Assembly: GCA_964291405.2 (NCBI GenBank) | Contig: OZ219926.1 | Location: 4,000,001 to 4,064,000 of the forward strand | DNA length: 64,000 bases | Direction: 5' to 3' | DNA from: Thermodesulfobacteriota bacterium | GTDB lineage: Bacteria; Desulfobacterota; Binatia; Bin18 | Shown: in pieces, positions 1-8,995 of the stretch | Layout of the letters: each line of letters begins with the position of its first letter | Position numbering within the stretch: position 1 is the first letter of the stretch | The notes under the pieces: model-generated | Seen by the model: only the letters and a program-made list of their open reading frames with translations | Told to the model about the DNA's origin: nothing | Database searches by the model: none | Translations under genes and position numbers: made by a program

Positions 1-54
1 GAACAATATGAAGAGTGGGTGCGGCCAGAGGAAATGACCAGCCCGAAGTCTTAG
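1..54 (+). CDS. fumC: 3' end of probable class II fumarate hydratase (partial at window edge)
   Basis: Frame 1 reads EQYEEWVRPEEMTSPKS*, matching the typical FumC/AspA C-terminus (..WVRPE.M..P). Only 17 aa are visible. Confidence 0.6.
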   Translation, partial: EQYEEWVRPEEMTSPKS

Positions 55-81
55 TCTCTCGTCCACCCTATCGTACAGACT

Positions 82-165
82 CCCTCTCCTACCATGGGGG
101 AGGGACAGAGCCTGCCCTGGGCCCTTCACCTGTGCTCAGGACAGGCGTGTCAAAGGAAGGGGTAT
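82..165. repeat. Nested REP-like palindromic element between convergent genes
   Basis: CCCTCTCC..GGGGGAGGG hairpin followed by CCCTTCAC..GCTCAGGACAGGC.TGTCAAAGG, which resembles the element at 22741-22772. Confidence 0.45.
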
Positions 166-184
166 TCAGTACCCCTTCCAAAGC

Positions 185-487
185 CTATACCGGCAACTTG
201 GTCATCACCTGCAAGGTTTCATCCTCAATACACTCTTCAATCACCGGTACCCATTTCTGGAACTCGGGATCCTGAGACGCGATTTCCAGAGTCGTCTGGA
301 CCGAGTTGGCATCCGGGACCTCCCACACGTCAACAACGGTGTTCAAACGACCGATGACGTTGAAATAGCTCCCCTGGAGCTTCCAGTTGCCGTGTTTTTC
401 CAACTGCGGCGCCAGCGAGCTGAGCATTTCCGTGAATTTCTGGACCTTGCCCGCCCGGAGTTTGATGTGTGCAAATACGTACGCCAT
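185..487 (-). CDS. NIPSNAP family protein
   Basis: 100 aa ferredoxin-like pattern 'WKLQGSYFNVIGRLNTVVDVWE'. SD GGAGG lies upstream of the ATG. Confidence 0.75.
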   Translation of the reverse strand: MAYVFAHIKLRAGKVQKFTEMLSSLAPQLEKHGNWKLQGSYFNVIGRLNTVVDVWEVPDANSVQTTLEIASQDPEFQKWVPVIEECIEDETLQVMTKLPV

Positions 488-501
488 ACTGCCTCCTTCG
501 G

Positions 502-529
502 TTAGGGGTTAATAGATTAGGGGTTAATA
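502..529. repeat. Direct repeat TTAGGGGTTAATA x2
   Basis: gTTAGGGGTTAATAgaTTAGGGGTTAATAa is seen directly upstream of the NIPSNAP gene. Confidence 0.6.
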
Positions 530-593
530 ATACCTGTGTTAATGCAATATGCCCTGACTTATCCGGCTGCCTCCCGCGACCTCCTGAATCGAG

Positions 594-812
594 CTAATTA
601 CGGTCCACCCAATCTTTGCCGGTCTGAAGGGCATAGCGGTCGGCTTCTTCCTGGCTGGTAAAGGTTTGCTCGGTTTCCCGAAGTGGGTAAAATTCATCGA
701 CCACCCCATCGATCAGCCGAAAGACCCGGGCCACCGGTTTCCAATCGCCGCTATCGAGTTGTTTCGAGCGCGGCTCAATGTAAAAGCCCTCATACTCTTC
801 GGTATCTGGCAT
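594..812 (-). CDS. Small hypothetical protein (CV_2116-like pattern)
   Basis: 72 aa with SD AAGGAGG. Pattern Y.G..I......L.SG.W ... F.SQEEA..YA...GK.WVD. Confidence 0.65.
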   Translation of the reverse strand: MPDTEEYEGFYIEPRSKQLDSGDWKPVARVFRLIDGVVDEFYPLRETEQTFTSQEEADRYALQTGKDWVDRN

Positions 813-841
813 CTTCAGACCTCCTTACTCCTTCCCCGCCT

Positions 842-1081
842 TCAGGCAATTCCCAACAGCTCCTGGAGCTTGGCCTTCTGAAAACCAATAACGACGGCAT
901 CGTCAACGGTAATCACCGGTAGAGAGACTCGGCCTGGGAGTTGGCGGAGACGTTCCTGAGCCGCCGCGTCAGTACTGACATCATAGGCAGTGAATGCTAT
1001 GCCTGCCTGCGAAAGAAACTCCTTCGCCACTGCGTATGGGCCTCAGGTGGGGGTGGAATGGACGGCGACTTGTCTCTTCAT
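842..1081 (-). CDS. Glutaredoxin/NrdH-like selenoprotein (UGA=Sec at 1043-1045, UxxY motif), 79 aa
   Basis: ATG at 1081 reads MKRQVAVHSTPT-U-GPYAVAKEFLSQAGIAFTAYDVSTD...SLPVITVDDAVVIGFQKAKLQELLG. The UGA sits at the first-Cys position of the Grx CxxC motif, followed by a SECIS-like hairpin. Confidence 0.8.
1009..1027 (-). promoter_or_regulatory. Putative bacterial SECIS element
   Basis: GCGAAGGA-GTT-TCTTTCGC 8-bp stem starts 15 nt after the UGA, with a G-first apical loop 24 nt downstream. Confidence 0.65.
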
Positions 1082-1163
1082 ACTGTGTTTGTATCGCTTC
1101 GGCCTGTGTCCGGTCAATGTTTCACTGATGGAGCGTCGCGCGCACGCTGACGTATAATGATCT

Positions 1164-1682
1164 ATGCTCATTCGAACCGAAAAAAAGAGCGACCGGGCGG
1201 TAGTCTACCGAATCAATACAGCAGCCTTTGAAAGGTGTGCCGAGGCCGAGCTTGTTGAAACGCTGCGTGAATGCGTACAACCGCTTATTTCGCTCGTTGC
1301 CGAGGAGGACGCGGCAGTTGTCGGTCACATCATGTTCTCGCCGGTCTGTGTGTCGGCAGACTCCAGGCTCAGGCTGATGGGACTGGCCCCAATGGCAGTG
1401 GTACCGGCATATCAACGCCAGGGCATCGGTTCCGCTCTTGTTCGGGCCGGCCTTGAGCGCTGCAAGGCATTGGCATGTAGTGCAGTCGTTGTTCTCGGTC
1501 ATCCGGCGTATTATCCACGCTTCGGGTTTTTACCGGCCTCTCGATTCGGGCTCCGTTGTGAATACAATGTTCCTGACGAGGTATTTCTGGCTATAGAACT
1601 GGAACCCGGAATCTTCGAACGGTATATTCATAATGGCCAGAGCTGCGTGGTGAAATACCATGCCGCGTTCAGCAATGTATGA
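1164..1682 (+). CDS. GNAT N-acetyltransferase (YhbS-like)
   Basis: 'VGHIMFSPV', 'LAPMAVVPAYQRQGIGSALV', 'VVLGHPAYYPRFGF'. Confidence 0.92.
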   Translation: MLIRTEKKSDRAVVYRINTAAFERCAEAELVETLRECVQPLISLVAEEDAAVVGHIMFSPVCVSADSRLRLMGLAPMAVVPAYQRQGIGSALVRAGLERCKALACSAVVVLGHPAYYPRFGFLPASRFGLRCEYNVPDEVFLAIELEPGIFERYIHNGQSCVVKYHAAFSNV

Positions 1683-1787
1683 CACATCGGGTGCGTAATG
1701 CGTGCACGGAGCGCTCGTGGACTGTGCCGCGAAGAAGAACAACATCCCCGTGGCCTGCTGACCCTTCCTCACGTATTATTCCCATCG

Positions 1788-4769
1788 ATGAATTGTCATG
1801 CCATTATCTGCGCCGTCTTTGTCATGGGTCTTATCTTTTCCGCCGGTCCGGTACACGCCGACCCGACTCGGCAAGACAACCAACATCCTCATACGACTTC
1901 CGGTGCCACCGCCATGCAGTCTTCCACGCCGGATACCTGGCACGAAGCCCAACTCGTACGCAATACCCGACAGCTGACCTTCGCAGGTAGGCGCGCCGGT
2001 GAGGGCTATTTCAGCCCGGATGGCTCGCAGCTCATCTTTCAGAGTGAGCGTGAGCCCAACAATCCATTTTTTCAGATTTATGTGATGAATCGCCTCACCG
2101 GGCAGACCCACCGGGTCTCGCCCGGAATCGGTAAGACGACGTGTGCCTGGTTCCATCCCTCCCAAGAAAAAGTCCTATTTGCCTCAACGCATGAAGACCC
2201 GGACGCTGAAAAGAAGCAGCAGACAGAGTTGGAAGAACGCCGCGCGGGCACCCAGCGGCGTTACGAGTGGGATTTTGATGAGCAGTACGACCTTTTTGAG
2301 GCTAAGCTCGACGGAGGCGAGCTGCAGAAGCTGACCGAGGCAAAGGGTTACGACGCCGAGGGTTCCTGGTCTCCGGACGGCGAGTTTATCGCCTTTGCCT
2401 CGAATCGCCACGCCTATGCGGCAACCCTGTCAGCCGAGGAGAAAGAGCGCTTTCAGCAAGACCCGTCATCGCAGATGGACATCTATATCATGCGGGCGGA
2501 TGGGTCAGACGTGCGTCGGTTGACGACCTCGTTGGGCTATGACGGCGGGCCGTTTTTCAGTCCGGACGGTAAACGTCTGGTCTGGCGCCGGTTTTCTCCC
2601 GATGGTGTACAAGCCGAAGTCTGGACCATGCGTATCGATGGCACGGATCAAAAGCAGGTGACGGAGCTGGGGGCCATGTCCTGGGCGCCGTATTTTCATC
2701 CGTCCGGTGACTATCTGATCTTTACGACCAACCGTCACGGTTTTGGGAATTTTGAGCTGTATATCGTGGACACTGAAGGGCGCTCTGAACCGGTGCGGAT
2801 CACCTATACCAACGGCTTTGACGGCCTGCCGGTGTTTGCTCCGGACGGAAAGCGCCTGTCGTGGACCAGCAGTCGGACCGTGGACAAAAAAGCGCAGCTC
2901 TTTTTTGCTGACTGGGATGATGCCGCGGCCCGCTGCCTGTTGGGGCTCGACTCCAGCGGCGCGGCATCCCTCCGAGCGCACGAGGTGCGAACGTGTGAGT
3001 TGCGCCAGACCGTTGCCGAACTCGCCTCCGAGCGCATGGCCGGCCGGCTCACGGGAACGGACGGCGAAAGGCTGGCAACGGAGTACGCAGCCTCGATACT
3101 GGAAAAAAGCGGGCTCGAACCCGCGGGCGACAATGGGACGTTTTTTCAGTCTTTTGAGTTCACTGCCGGTGTCTCCCTTGGTCCGAAGAATGTGCTGGAA
3201 CAACCGTCCGAGTCAGCGTCAGATCAGGCACGGGCGTATGCCATTGATACGGACTGGCGTCCGTTGACCTTCTCGCAGGTAGGCGATTTTGCGCCTGCCG
3301 GCGTAGTCTTTGCCGGCTATGGCATTGTCGCTCCAGCTGTCGACGAGCATCCGGAATATGACTCCTATGCCCATCTGGACGTGCAAGACCAATGGGTTTT
3401 GGTCTTGCGCTATCTGCCCGAAGACATAGACGCCCCCTATCGCCAGCATCTCAACCGCTACGCCAGCCTGCGCTATAAAGCTATGGTTGCCCGCGACCGG
3501 GGGGCACGGGGACTGATCATTGCGAGCGGGCCGAATACCACCGTCAAGGAGCAACTGGTCCCGCTCGTCTTTGACGCCTCACTGGCAGGTAGCAGCATCG
3601 GGGCGGTGTCCGTGACTGACGCGCTGGCCGAGGAGTGGTTCCAGCAGGCGGGTGGGTCGCTGAAAGAGATTCAGGAGACATTAGATACCGGACGGCTCAT
3701 ACCCGGCTTCAGCCTCGATAACCTGACGCTCGGAGCGACGATCGATATTCGGCAGGAGAAACGCCAGGGCCGCAACGTCCTGGCGCGGTTACGCGCGACT
3801 GAGCGCGTGGCGGACGCTGGTATCGTTGTGGTTGGGGCGCATATCGATCACCTGGGCACGGGCCTGGGGAGTGGGTCGCTGGCCCGCGAGGATGAAAAGG
3901 GCCGTATCCATTTTGGAGCCGACGACAATGCCTCCGGCGTGGCAGCCGTCCTGGGCATTGCCAAGACGCTCGCCGCGCAACAAGCCGCAGGTGAGGTGGC
4001 TCTGAAACGCGATATTCTGTTTGCTTTGTGGTCGGGCGAAGAGCTGGGTCTCCTGGGGTCGAGCCACTTCGCCAGGACGTTCGGTCAGACGGAGCAGCAA
4101 ACGCTCGCTCCTGCCATTTCTGCTTATCTCAATCTGGATATGGTCGGCCGACTCGATACCGCCCTGGTGCTGCAAGGCGTTGGTTCAAGTTCGGTCTGGC
4201 CCGAGGAAATTGAACAACACAACGCGCCCATCGGTCTGCCCATCACGCTCCAAAACGACAGCTATCTGCCAACCGATGCGACCTCGTTCTATCTCAAAGG
4301 CGTTCCCGTTCTGAACGCGTTTACCGGCGGACATGCGGAATACCACTCGCCACGCGATACCGTAGAAAAGCTCAACTATGCCGGGCTCACACAAATTACC
4401 CGGCTGATGACCGGCTTGACGCGCTCCTTGGCTAGTACCGAACAGGCACCAGACTATATCCGAATTGAAAAGCCCCGCCACCTCGGCAGCCGTGGCCGCC
4501 TGCGGGCCTATCTGGGTACGATTCCCGACTATGCCCAGGGCAATATCACCGGGGTCAAGCTCTCTGGGGTGGCAACCGGTGGTCCGGCCAATCAGGCTGG
4601 GGTGCAGGCCGGAGATGTGGTGCGTGAGCTGGCGGGCAAGGCGATTGAGAATATCTATGACTACACCTTTGTCCTTGGGGGTCTCAAAGTTGACGAGCCG
4701 GTCGGTATGACGGTCATGCGCAACGGGCAGCGGGTTGAACTGACAATCACACCCGCGTCACGGGAATGA
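1788..4769 (+). CDS. Secreted M28 peptidase with TolB/PD40 propeller, PA and PDZ domains
   Basis: Signal-like N-terminus and repeated FSPDG motifs. Zn motifs GAHIDH, GADDNASG, SGEELGLLGS, NLDMVG and YH. C-terminal PDZ 'YLGTIPDY..GV'. Start is uncertain (ORF opens at 1698). Confidence 0.9.
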   Translation: MNCHAIICAVFVMGLIFSAGPVHADPTRQDNQHPHTTSGATAMQSSTPDTWHEAQLVRNTRQLTFAGRRAGEGYFSPDGSQLIFQSEREPNNPFFQIYVMNRLTGQTHRVSPGIGKTTCAWFHPSQEKVLFASTHEDPDAEKKQQTELEERRAGTQRRYEWDFDEQYDLFEAKLDGGELQKLTEAKGYDAEGSWSPDGEFIAFASNRHAYAATLSAEEKERFQQDPSSQMDIYIMRADGSDVRRLTTSLGYDGGPFFSPDGKRLVWRRFSPDGVQAEVWTMRIDGTDQKQVTELGAMSWAPYFHPSGDYLIFTTNRHGFGNFELYIVDTEGRSEPVRITYTNGFDGLPVFAPDGKRLSWTSSRTVDKKAQLFFADWDDAAARCLLGLDSSGAASLRAHEVRTCELRQTVAELASERMAGRLTGTDGERLATEYAASILEKSGLEPAGDNGTFFQSFEFTAGVSLGPKNVLEQPSESASDQARAYAIDTDWRPLTFSQVGDFAPAGVVFAGYGIVAPAVDEHPEYDSYAHLDVQDQWVLVLRYLPEDIDAPYRQHLNRYASLRYKAMVARDRGARGLIIASGPNTTVKEQLVPLVFDASLAGSSIGAVSVTDALAEEWFQQAGGSLKEIQETLDTGRLIPGFSLDNLTLGATIDIRQEKRQGRNVLARLRATERVADAGIVVVGAHIDHLGTGLGSGSLAREDEKGRIHFGADDNASGVAAVLGIAKTLAAQQAAGEVALKRDILFALWSGEELGLLGSSHFARTFGQTEQQTLAPAISAYLNLDMVGRLDTALVLQGVGSSSVWPEEIEQHNAPIGLPITLQNDSYLPTDATSFYLKGVPVLNAFTGGHAEYHSPRDTVEKLNYAGLTQITRLMTGLTRSLASTEQAPDYIRIEKPRHLGSRGRLRAYLGTIPDYAQGNITGVKLSGVATGGPANQAGVQAGDVVRELAGKAIENIYDYTFVLGGLKVDEPVGMTVMRNGQRVELTITPASRE

Positions 4770-4794
4770 ACCCGGCACGGAAACTTCCTACACG

Positions 4795-6045
4795 ATGTCT
4801 TGCTTACGGCGTATTCTGCTGATCCCTGGTGTACTGCATCTCTTGTGTGTCACTGCGAGTGCGGACCTTCCCCTGTACTGGACCGCCCTTGGGCCGGGCG
4901 GCCAGGCGATTGTGCGCGTGGTGTCAACTACGACGGCCTGTCCTGCGCTACAGGTGAATGCCGAGCGCGTTCCGTTGCGCGTACGCGCGTATCCGGCCCC
5001 ACCGGACTTTCCGGTCCTGATCTGCGAGGCTGTGTTGCCGCCCGATGCCGTCAGCGTCACAATGGATGGACGACAACTCCCTCTTTTATCGCGCGCTCCA
5101 GAAAAGATCGTTATCCTGGGTGACACCGGCTGCCGGATGAAAAACACTCTGGTCCAGGCGTGTAACGATCCGAATGCCTGGCCCTTTGCGCGTATCGCCT
5201 GGAGTGCCGCGGCCTGGAAGCCCGACCTGGTGCTACACGTGGGTGATTATTTTTATCGGGATTCGCCCTGTCCAAGCGGCAACACTGCTTGTGCCGGCAA
5301 TCCGTGGGGAGATACCTGGGCCGCTGCTCAGGCCGACTTCTTCGTGCCGGCTGAGCCCTTACTCAGAGCGGCGCCGTGGATATTTGTCAGGGGCAATCAC
5401 GAGGAGTGTCAGCGGACGGGTAATGCCTGGTTTCGTTTACTTGATCCCCGGCCCTTACCCCAGGAATGTACCGACCAGACTGAGCCCTATATTGTGCCAA
5501 TCGGAGAGCGCACACTGTTCGTTCTGGACACCACGACGGCACATGACCTGAGGGCTGCGCCCGAGACCGTCGCCCACTTCGCTACGCAGTTGGCGGCACT
5601 GGCCGAACACCGCCCGGTCTGGCTGTTGTCTCACAAGCCCTTCTGGGCCTTTGGCACGCGAGGGCGGGCGCAGGGTAGAGACGTGCTCTTCCGAACCAAC
5701 CCCACCCTTCAGGCCGCGGTCCGGCAGGGATTACTCGACGGAATTGAATTGGTCCTGTCGGGCCATCTCCACACGGCCGAGTTCCTGGCCTTTACGCAAG
5801 GAGAGCCGCATCAGTTTGTGGTCGGGAATGGCGGAGCGCTGCTCGACCCCCCACTTGCCACCGAACTGGTCGGACTCGACATAGCCGACCGAACGGTCTC
5901 ACAAGCGGAAACGCTGACGGGCTTTGGCTATGTGACGCTGGAGCGGGGGAAGGAGGGCTGGGCGATCACACCACGCGATACCGCAGGACTGCCCCGACCG
6001 TGCCGCTTCAGGAGTACGGGGATGAGTTGCGCGCCGCAGGACTGA
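4795..6045 (+). CDS. Secreted calcineurin-like metallophosphoesterase
   Basis: Motifs GDTG, HVGDYFY, RGNHE, SHKP and SGHLH, plus an N-terminal signal peptide. Confidence 0.88.
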   Translation: MSCLRRILLIPGVLHLLCVTASADLPLYWTALGPGGQAIVRVVSTTTACPALQVNAERVPLRVRAYPAPPDFPVLICEAVLPPDAVSVTMDGRQLPLLSRAPEKIVILGDTGCRMKNTLVQACNDPNAWPFARIAWSAAAWKPDLVLHVGDYFYRDSPCPSGNTACAGNPWGDTWAAAQADFFVPAEPLLRAAPWIFVRGNHEECQRTGNAWFRLLDPRPLPQECTDQTEPYIVPIGERTLFVLDTTTAHDLRAAPETVAHFATQLAALAEHRPVWLLSHKPFWAFGTRGRAQGRDVLFRTNPTLQAAVRQGLLDGIELVLSGHLHTAEFLAFTQGEPHQFVVGNGGALLDPPLATELVGLDIADRTVSQAETLTGFGYVTLERGKEGWAITPRDTAGLPRPCRFRSTGMSCAPQD

Positions 6046-6787
6046 GCAGGTCGCCCACGTCTTTCACAACAATGTCGGCCCCGTTGGCTTTGAGCAAGTC
6101 GCCGTGGCCGCGACGATCAACGCCAACCACCAGACCGAAATTTCCGGCGCGGCCCGACTGTACGCCTGAAATAGCGTCCTCAATCACCACGGCCCGGGCC
6201 GGCAGTACGTCCAGCTTGTCCGCCGCTGCCAGAAACATATCCGGGGCGGGTTTGCCGGCTAGCCGTTCCTGGGCGGCTACCTCTCTATCAACCCGAAGAT
6301 CAAAAAGATGTGTAATCCCAGCTGATCTGAGTACGAGTTCGCAATTTGCGCTGGGCGTGACGACTGCGGTTTTCAGCCCCAGTTGCCGGACATGAGTGGC
6401 AAAGGCCGTGCTGCCAGGGAAGGCCTCCACCCCGTCCGAGGAAATGACCTGATTCACCAGGGTGTCTTTCTGGTTGCCCAAGCCGTGAACCGTCTCCCAA
6501 TCGGGAGGCGCGGCTGGACTGCCTTCCGGTAGCTCGATATGGCGTGATTCGAGAAAGCTTCGCACCCCGTCATCCAGAGCTTTCCCGTCAACATACAGAT
6601 TGTAATCCGCCCGAAGGTCAAAAGGCTGAAAGGACAGGCTGTGGCTTATCGCGTACTGACGCAGAAAGCGGTCAAACATCTCTTTCCAACAGGCAGCATG
6701 AATTTTTGCCGTAGCCGTCAATACGCCGTCCAGATCGAACAGCACGGCGTCAAAGCGCTCAGGAGTAATAAGATTGGAATCGCTCAT
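6008..6787 (-). CDS. Beta-phosphoglucomutase-family HAD hydrolase
   Basis: FDLDGVLT, GKPAPD and EDAISGV motifs. Confidence 0.9.
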   Translation of the reverse strand: MSDSNLITPERFDAVLFDLDGVLTATAKIHAACWKEMFDRFLRQYAISHSLSFQPFDLRADYNLYVDGKALDDGVRSFLESRHIELPEGSPAAPPDWETVHGLGNQKDTLVNQVISSDGVEAFPGSTAFATHVRQLGLKTAVVTPSANCELVLRSAGITHLFDLRVDREVAAQERLAGKPAPDMFLAAADKLDVLPARAVVIEDAISGVQSGRAGNFGLVVGVDRRGHGDLLKANGADIVVKDVGDLLSPAARNSSPYS

Positions 6788-6881
6788 TCTGGTATGCTTC
6801 TCTTCTCCTTTTTTCGGTCCTCGGTCCCTGAGGGCTCACTGTAGCATAATTCCCTAATGAAATTATTGCCCGGATGTTAGA

Positions 6882-6992
6882 ATGAAGGAATACTTCTGCT
6901 TGGAACTCAAGAGTCACCTGACTGACGACGGTATCCGTATTCTGCCTGCTGCTGAGTTCTGTCACAGGCTGGAGAGGAGTGACCTGTTCTGA
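6882..6992 (+). pseudogene. Probable C-terminal remnant of a DUF4143-type ATP-binding protein
   Basis: Reads MKEYFCLELKSHLTDDGIRILPAAEFCHRLERSDLF*, resembling the 'CLE....T.DGI.ILP..EF..RL....LF' tail of such ATPases. Confidence 0.45.
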
Positions 6993-7046
6993 TACTGGCT
7001 GGAACAATATGCAGGATATTACGGCTGTAGAGGTGGTGGGTTCGAT

Positions 7047-8867
7047 ATGTCCTACGAACAAGGCGTCCTCTTCCCGGAAGAGATAGGCTCTCAAGCAGGT
7101 CAGGCGACTCCGTCTGAGACCCTGCCTGTGTGTGAGACGCCTGAGTATACCTTGGTGACGGAACCGGCTCAGCTTGAGCGCTTGCTTCCCGCCCTGCATG
7201 CCGATCCCGTCTTATCCTGCGATACTGAAACGACCGGGCTCGACTTTCGGACAGACTCACTCCGGCTCGTCCAGATCGCGACACCGGACCACGCCTATCT
7301 GTTTGATGTGCGTCGTATCCCCACTGAAGCGCTTTTCCCCCTGTTCAGTACACCGCGCCGCTGGCTGTTCCACAATGCCAAGTTTGATCTGAAATTTCTT
7401 GTCTCCGCGGGCTGTCCCTGGCTCGATACCGTCTTTGACACCATGCTAGCAAGCCAAGTGCTCAAAGCCGGGCTGCGCGTCCGCCACAGTCTCGAAGAGG
7501 TGGTTGAGCAGGAATTGGGTCGAGCCCTGCCGAAACACTTGCAAACCGCCGACTGGTCGGGAGAACTCAGTCGCGCCCAGTGTGAATACGCCGCTCGCGA
7601 TGTGGGGGTGCTGTGGCCGCTGTACGACCGTTTGCGTCCAGCCCTAGCCGAGGCTGGCCTGGAACGAGCGGCGGAGATTGAATTTCGCTGTGTCAAGGCG
7701 CTGGCTTGGCTGGAACTCGCCGGTATCGCGTTTGACGCCCAGGGCTGGCTGGAGCGGACGCTGGAAGATGAAGCCCAACTCGAAGCGCTTACCCATCAAC
7801 TCCACGCCTACGCCCGGGATGTCGGCATGTCCATAAACTGGGCGTCATCGCAGCAAATCAAGGCCCTGTTCCAGACTCTCGGTATCGAGCTGCCCAATGT
7901 CCGCTCTGCCACGCTCAAGAAAATCGACCATCCCGTCGCTGAGCTTCTGGTCAGCTATAAAGAAGTCGCCAAACGGGTCAGTACCTATGGTCGGAGTGTG
8001 ATCGACTCGTTTTTCGATGCCGACTCGGGACGGATGTATCCGGCGTATTTTCAGAACGGGACAGCCACCGGCCGCATGAGTTGCGGCGGTCCAAACATCC
8101 AGCAGATTCCAAAGGCACGCGCCTTTCGCGCCTGCTTTTGCGCCACCCCGGAAAGTACCCTGATTAAGGCTGACTATTCACAGGTCGAGCTGCGAATTGC
8201 CGCGGTCCTGGCTAACGACTCGACCATGCTGCAAGCGTTTCGAGAGGAAACCGACCTGCACGCCCTGACCGCCTCGCGCATCATGCACATCCCGCTCGAT
8301 CAGGTCGAATCGCACCATCGTCAACTCGCCAAGAGCGTCAATTTCGGCCTGCTGTACGGCATGGGGGTGAACGGCCTGAAACAGGATGCGGAAGCAAAGT
8401 ACGGCGTCCGCATGTCCGACCAGGAAGCGGCCCAATACCACCGCGCGTTTTTTCTCACTTATCAGGGCATCGCCCGCTGGCATCAGCAGGCGAAACAACA
8501 GGCCGAGCAGGTGAGACATCAGGAGATCGGCCTCGCAACCCGCACCCTTACCGGCCGCCGCTTTCTGGGGGTGCGGCACTTTAACGTGCTCCTCAATATC
8601 CCGGTGCAAGGGACGGGTGGCGACGGTCTCAAGCTGGCTCTGGCGCGCTTGTTTGAACACCGCGACCAAGCACCACGGGCGATGCCCGTTGCCTGCGTCC
8701 ACGACGAAATTCTAGTCGAAGCGCCCCTGGCTGACGCCCAAGCCGCCCAGGCCTGGCTGACCAACCATATGGTTGAAGCCATGCGAGAGATCGTAGCGGA
8801 CCGGGTCCCGATTGCAGTCGAAGCGGTGATCGGCAAAAACTGGGCCGGCACGCCGCTAGGTGATTAG
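7047..8867 (+). CDS. Family A DNA polymerase with 3'-5' exonuclease and no 5'-3' nuclease (Aquificae-like subgroup)
   Basis: ExoI DTETTG, ExoII HNAKFDL, ExoIII YAARD. Polymerase motifs TGRMSC..PNIQQIP, A: ADYSQVELR, B: RQLAKSVNFGLLYG, C: VHDEI. 606 aa. Confidence 0.92.
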   Translation: MSYEQGVLFPEEIGSQAGQATPSETLPVCETPEYTLVTEPAQLERLLPALHADPVLSCDTETTGLDFRTDSLRLVQIATPDHAYLFDVRRIPTEALFPLFSTPRRWLFHNAKFDLKFLVSAGCPWLDTVFDTMLASQVLKAGLRVRHSLEEVVEQELGRALPKHLQTADWSGELSRAQCEYAARDVGVLWPLYDRLRPALAEAGLERAAEIEFRCVKALAWLELAGIAFDAQGWLERTLEDEAQLEALTHQLHAYARDVGMSINWASSQQIKALFQTLGIELPNVRSATLKKIDHPVAELLVSYKEVAKRVSTYGRSVIDSFFDADSGRMYPAYFQNGTATGRMSCGGPNIQQIPKARAFRACFCATPESTLIKADYSQVELRIAAVLANDSTMLQAFREETDLHALTASRIMHIPLDQVESHHRQLAKSVNFGLLYGMGVNGLKQDAEAKYGVRMSDQEAAQYHRAFFLTYQGIARWHQQAKQQAEQVRHQEIGLATRTLTGRRFLGVRHFNVLLNIPVQGTGGDGLKLALARLFEHRDQAPRAMPVACVHDEILVEAPLADAQAAQAWLTNHMVEAMREIVADRVPIAVEAVIGKNWAGTPLGD

Positions 8868-8995
8868 CAGTAGATGGCCCCGGGGCTGCCTCAACAAGAA
8901 GGAATGGTATTGTCGGAGCGCCGGTTGCTGCGCTACAAGTACAGGCGCGAGGGCAGGGAGTCAGACAAAAATCTCGGAGTACTCTCGTTGAGCGC

